This document shows positions 61,361 through 64,000 of a stretch of 64,000 bases of DNA, piece after piece (within the stretch, counting starts at the first letter, position 1; each line of letters opens with the position of its first letter). This DNA comes from Candidatus Heimdallarchaeota archaeon (lineage in GTDB: Archaea > Asgardarchaeota > Heimdallarchaeia > Heimdallarchaeales > Heimdallarchaeaceae). The notes under the pieces were generated by a model. That model was not told the origin of the DNA. It did not search any database and saw only the letters and a program-made list of their open reading frames with translations. The position numbers were made by a program, and so were the translations under genes. The DNA is taken from positions 32,001 through 96,000 of the forward strand of contig JAHLWR010000002.1 in the NCBI GenBank assembly GCA_019057815.1, read 5' to 3'.

Positions 61361-62160
61361 AAATTGTAGTATTAGTGAAACAAGTTCCTGAAGCTGATAA
61401 AGTAGCTGTCGACCCTGAAACAGGCACTTTAATTCGAGAGGGTATCACTTCTATACTCAATCCTTACTGTGAATACGCACTGGATGAAGCTGTAAAGCTT
61501 AAAAATACTCATCCTGAAGAAAATATTGAAATTATTACTATAAGTATGGGACCTCCTCAAACTAAGATGGCTCTACTTAGATGTTTAGAATTAGGCGCGG
61601 ATAAAGCATACCTTCTATCAGATCGGAAATTTGCTGGTTCTGATGTGTGGGCTACTTCAACAGCATTAAAAGAGGGAGTTGTAAATCTTGAACCCGAATT
61701 TGATTTGATCTTAGCAGGTAAACAAGCTATAGACGGTGATACAGCTCAAGTCCCAGCAGAGATAGCTGAACAACTTGGAGTTCCTCAGATAACTTATGGT
61801 GTGAAAGTTCAAATTGTTGATAAAAAAGTAGAAGTGAAACGAGAAATTGAAACTGGTTATCAGATCGTATCAGCGAGAATGCCAGCTCTTGTAACAATGA
61901 GTAAAGGCTCCAATATACGACGAATTCCTTCGATGAAAGAGGTTTTAAACGCCAGAAAGAAACCATTGGAAGTTCTAACAGCAGATGATATTGGTATTGA
62001 CGAAAATAAAGTAGGATTAAAAGCTTCACCAACTCAAGTAGCGAGAATTTTTGCTCCACCTGAAAAGGTTGGTGGAGAAATAATTGATGGAAGTGACCAT
62101 ATTGTAGCTGCTAAAAATCTTCTCGAATTTCTGATCGTGAATAATTATATTAAGGAGTGA
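61357..62160 (+). CDS. etfB: Electron transfer flavoprotein beta subunit
   Basis: VKQVP, SMGP, DRKFAGSD, GKQAIDGDTAQV, GLKASPT. Confidence 0.95.
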   Translation: MKIVVLVKQVPEADKVAVDPETGTLIREGITSILNPYCEYALDEAVKLKNTHPEENIEIITISMGPPQTKMALLRCLELGADKAYLLSDRKFAGSDVWATSTALKEGVVNLEPEFDLILAGKQAIDGDTAQVPAEIAEQLGVPQITYGVKVQIVDKKVEVKREIETGYQIVSARMPALVTMSKGSNIRRIPSMKEVLNARKKPLEVLTADDIGIDENKVGLKASPTQVARIFAPPEKVGGEIIDGSDHIVAAKNLLEFLIVNNYIKE

Positions 62161-63389
62161 ATAAAATGTTGAAAGTAGATTATGAAGCTTGTACAGGATG
62201 TAAAGTCTGTGAAAAAGTTTGCCCTTTTGCTGCTATTATAGTTGTTCCTGAAACTAAGAAAGCAAAAGTGTTGGACACTTGCACTCTCTGTGGAACTTGT
62301 GTTAATGCGTGTAAATTTGAAGCTTTAAGTATAGAAAGGAGAGCTATATCTGAAGAAGAATTAGCAAAGTTTTCGGGTGTTTTCGTTTGGGGAGAATGGG
62401 AGAAAAAAGAAGATAGTAATAAAATCAAAAGAGTTGTCCTTGAACTTTTAGGTAAAGGAAGAGAACTTGCAGAAAAATTGGGTGAAACACTTTCTGTTAT
62501 CTTACCAGGTTACAACGTTGAACATTTAATTCCTGAGTTATTCCACCATGGAGCAGATAAAGTCTATCTTTGTGACCATGTACTTCTGGAGCAATATACA
62601 ACCGATGGTTATGCAACAACAATTTCCAGCGTTATAGCCACAGAAAAACCCTCAATTGTTCTTTATGGTGCAACACCAAATGGAAGAGATTTAGCTCCAA
62701 GAATAGCAGCTAGACTAGCTTTAGGTTTAACAGCTGATTGTACTGGTTTAGATATTAACGAATCTCGCCAATTACTTCAAACAAGACCAGCTTTTGGAGG
62801 AAATATCATGGCATCAATTCTATCACCATATACTCGACCCCAAATGTCTTCAGTTCGACCTAATGTATTTTCTAAATCAAATCCTGATTCTTCTCGTACA
62901 GGAGATATTGTAAGAGTGAACGTAAATTTAAATCGTATTACTATAAGAACGAAAATAGTTGAAGAAATAGTTTCTCAGGATGATTCAATAAATATTGAAG
63001 AAGCTAAAGTACTTGTATCTGCTGGTAAAGGTATTGGAGACAAAGAAAACCTAAAGTTAATTGAGGAATTAGCTCAAGAACTTAATGGAACAGTATCTGG
63101 ATCGCGAGCGTTAGTGGATTTAGGATGGATTCCACACCCTCAACAAGTGGGGCAATCAGGAAAGACAGTTGCACCAACTCTGTATCTAGCTCTTGGAATT
63201 TCAGGTGCTATTCAACATCTTGTAGGAATGAGTGCTTCTGATACTATAATATCAATAAATAACGACCCAGAAGCAGCAATTTTTAAAGTGTCAGACTTTG
63301 GAATTGTGGGAAACATGTTTGATATTGTACCTGAGTTCATTAAACAATTAAAAGAGTACAAACGAGTACAAACGGAAAAACCTGGATAA
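62157..63389 (+). CDS. etfA: Electron transfer flavoprotein alpha subunit with N-terminal 2x[4Fe-4S] domain
   Basis: CTGCKVCEKVCP, CTLCGTCVNAC; GLTADC, TRPAFGG, QVGQSG, GISGAIQH. Confidence 0.95.
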   Translation: MNKMLKVDYEACTGCKVCEKVCPFAAIIVVPETKKAKVLDTCTLCGTCVNACKFEALSIERRAISEEELAKFSGVFVWGEWEKKEDSNKIKRVVLELLGKGRELAEKLGETLSVILPGYNVEHLIPELFHHGADKVYLCDHVLLEQYTTDGYATTISSVIATEKPSIVLYGATPNGRDLAPRIAARLALGLTADCTGLDINESRQLLQTRPAFGGNIMASILSPYTRPQMSSVRPNVFSKSNPDSSRTGDIVRVNVNLNRITIRTKIVEEIVSQDDSINIEEAKVLVSAGKGIGDKENLKLIEELAQELNGTVSGSRALVDLGWIPHPQQVGQSGKTVAPTLYLALGISGAIQHLVGMSASDTIISINNDPEAAIFKVSDFGIVGNMFDIVPEFIKQLKEYKRVQTEKPG

Positions 63390-63418
63390 ATAGATACCAG
63401 AAAGAAGACAAGTTAAAA

Positions 63419-63844
63419 TTAGAGAGTTATGCCTTCAGTATTTACCGAGGCTACACCATCGATACGCTCTATTTCATTTTTAATGGTATCAATAGAGACA
63501 TCCTGTAATTCTTTTGTATCGATATAACCTTCATAAACACAACTATTTTGGGTAAAACATAAACCCGTACTATAGAGAGTATTTACTCCAAAGTCGGAGA
63601 AAATTGTTCCCATTCTACGTAGAAAATCTGGTGAAAGTTTTTCAATATTTATATTGAATTTGACTACTTCTTGACTTTCAGTTGGTATAATTCTTATTGT
63701 TCTAGTATTTGGGGCAAGAATGATCACTGCTTGTTCAGATTTACTTGGTTTTATAGCGTCTATAAATTCTTTAGGTAATCCAAATTCTTTATCAGTATCC
63801 AATTTTGTTACTTTTGCGATGGTTACGCTGGGATATTCACTCAT
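63419..63844 (-). CDS. AbrB-like N-terminal + ACT-like domain protein
   Basis: KLD...GLPKEF motif followed by a beta-alpha-beta-beta-alpha-beta pattern; AGGAG SD. Confidence 0.6.
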   Translation of the reverse strand: MSEYPSVTIAKVTKLDTDKEFGLPKEFIDAIKPSKSEQAVIILAPNTRTIRIIPTESQEVVKFNINIEKLSPDFLRRMGTIFSDFGVNTLYSTGLCFTQNSCVYEGYIDTKELQDVSIDTIKNEIERIDGVASVNTEGITL

Positions 63845-64000
63845 TTTGTTTTTCTCCTTATGATAATAATGAACAAAATCATCTAACACTTTTAATTTGA
63901 CATAATAGTTTAAAGCGTACCCATAAAAAAACTTTGTTCAATTATAGAGAGTCAACCTGAATTTCAAATAGAAAGTACTTTTCTTTGTAATATTCTCTGA

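Overview
AT-rich, gene-dense archaeal chromosomal window with no rRNA, tRNA or CRISPR array detected. Gene content points to an Asgard archaeon, probably Heimdallarchaeia (inference): type-2 IPP isomerase, archaetidylinositol-phosphate synthase-like enzyme, Rqc2/NEMF, RpoM/TFS-like protein, Rab-like GTPase, EMC6/RAB5IF-like protein, PIG-B-like glycosyltransferase and C-terminally anchored surface proteins. It also carries fhs (partial), RNA-metabolism genes, oppBCDF without oppA, gdhA beside a receiver/dikinase-like protein, a putative amino-acid catabolic cluster (unknown protein, aminotransferase, Hom, AOR) and two FAD-linked 2-hydroxyacid dehydrogenase paralogs, one with EtfB/ferredoxin-EtfA. 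The strongest signals absent from the ORF track are a tandem pair of paralogous ~40-aa microproteins with a shared C-terminal motif, SD sites, promoter and terminator (49412-49664), a GC-rich structured intergenic island (47426-47606) and a decayed TnpB fragment (4118-4330). Other notable items are a secreted caspase-family protease module with a shared operator-like motif, an OppF ATPase with an inserted hydrophobic hairpin, a paralogous coiled-coil + winged-helix pair, and a Rab-like GTPase sharing a coiled-coil motif with its upstream gene. All family calls come from motif recognition by eye; no database search was run.
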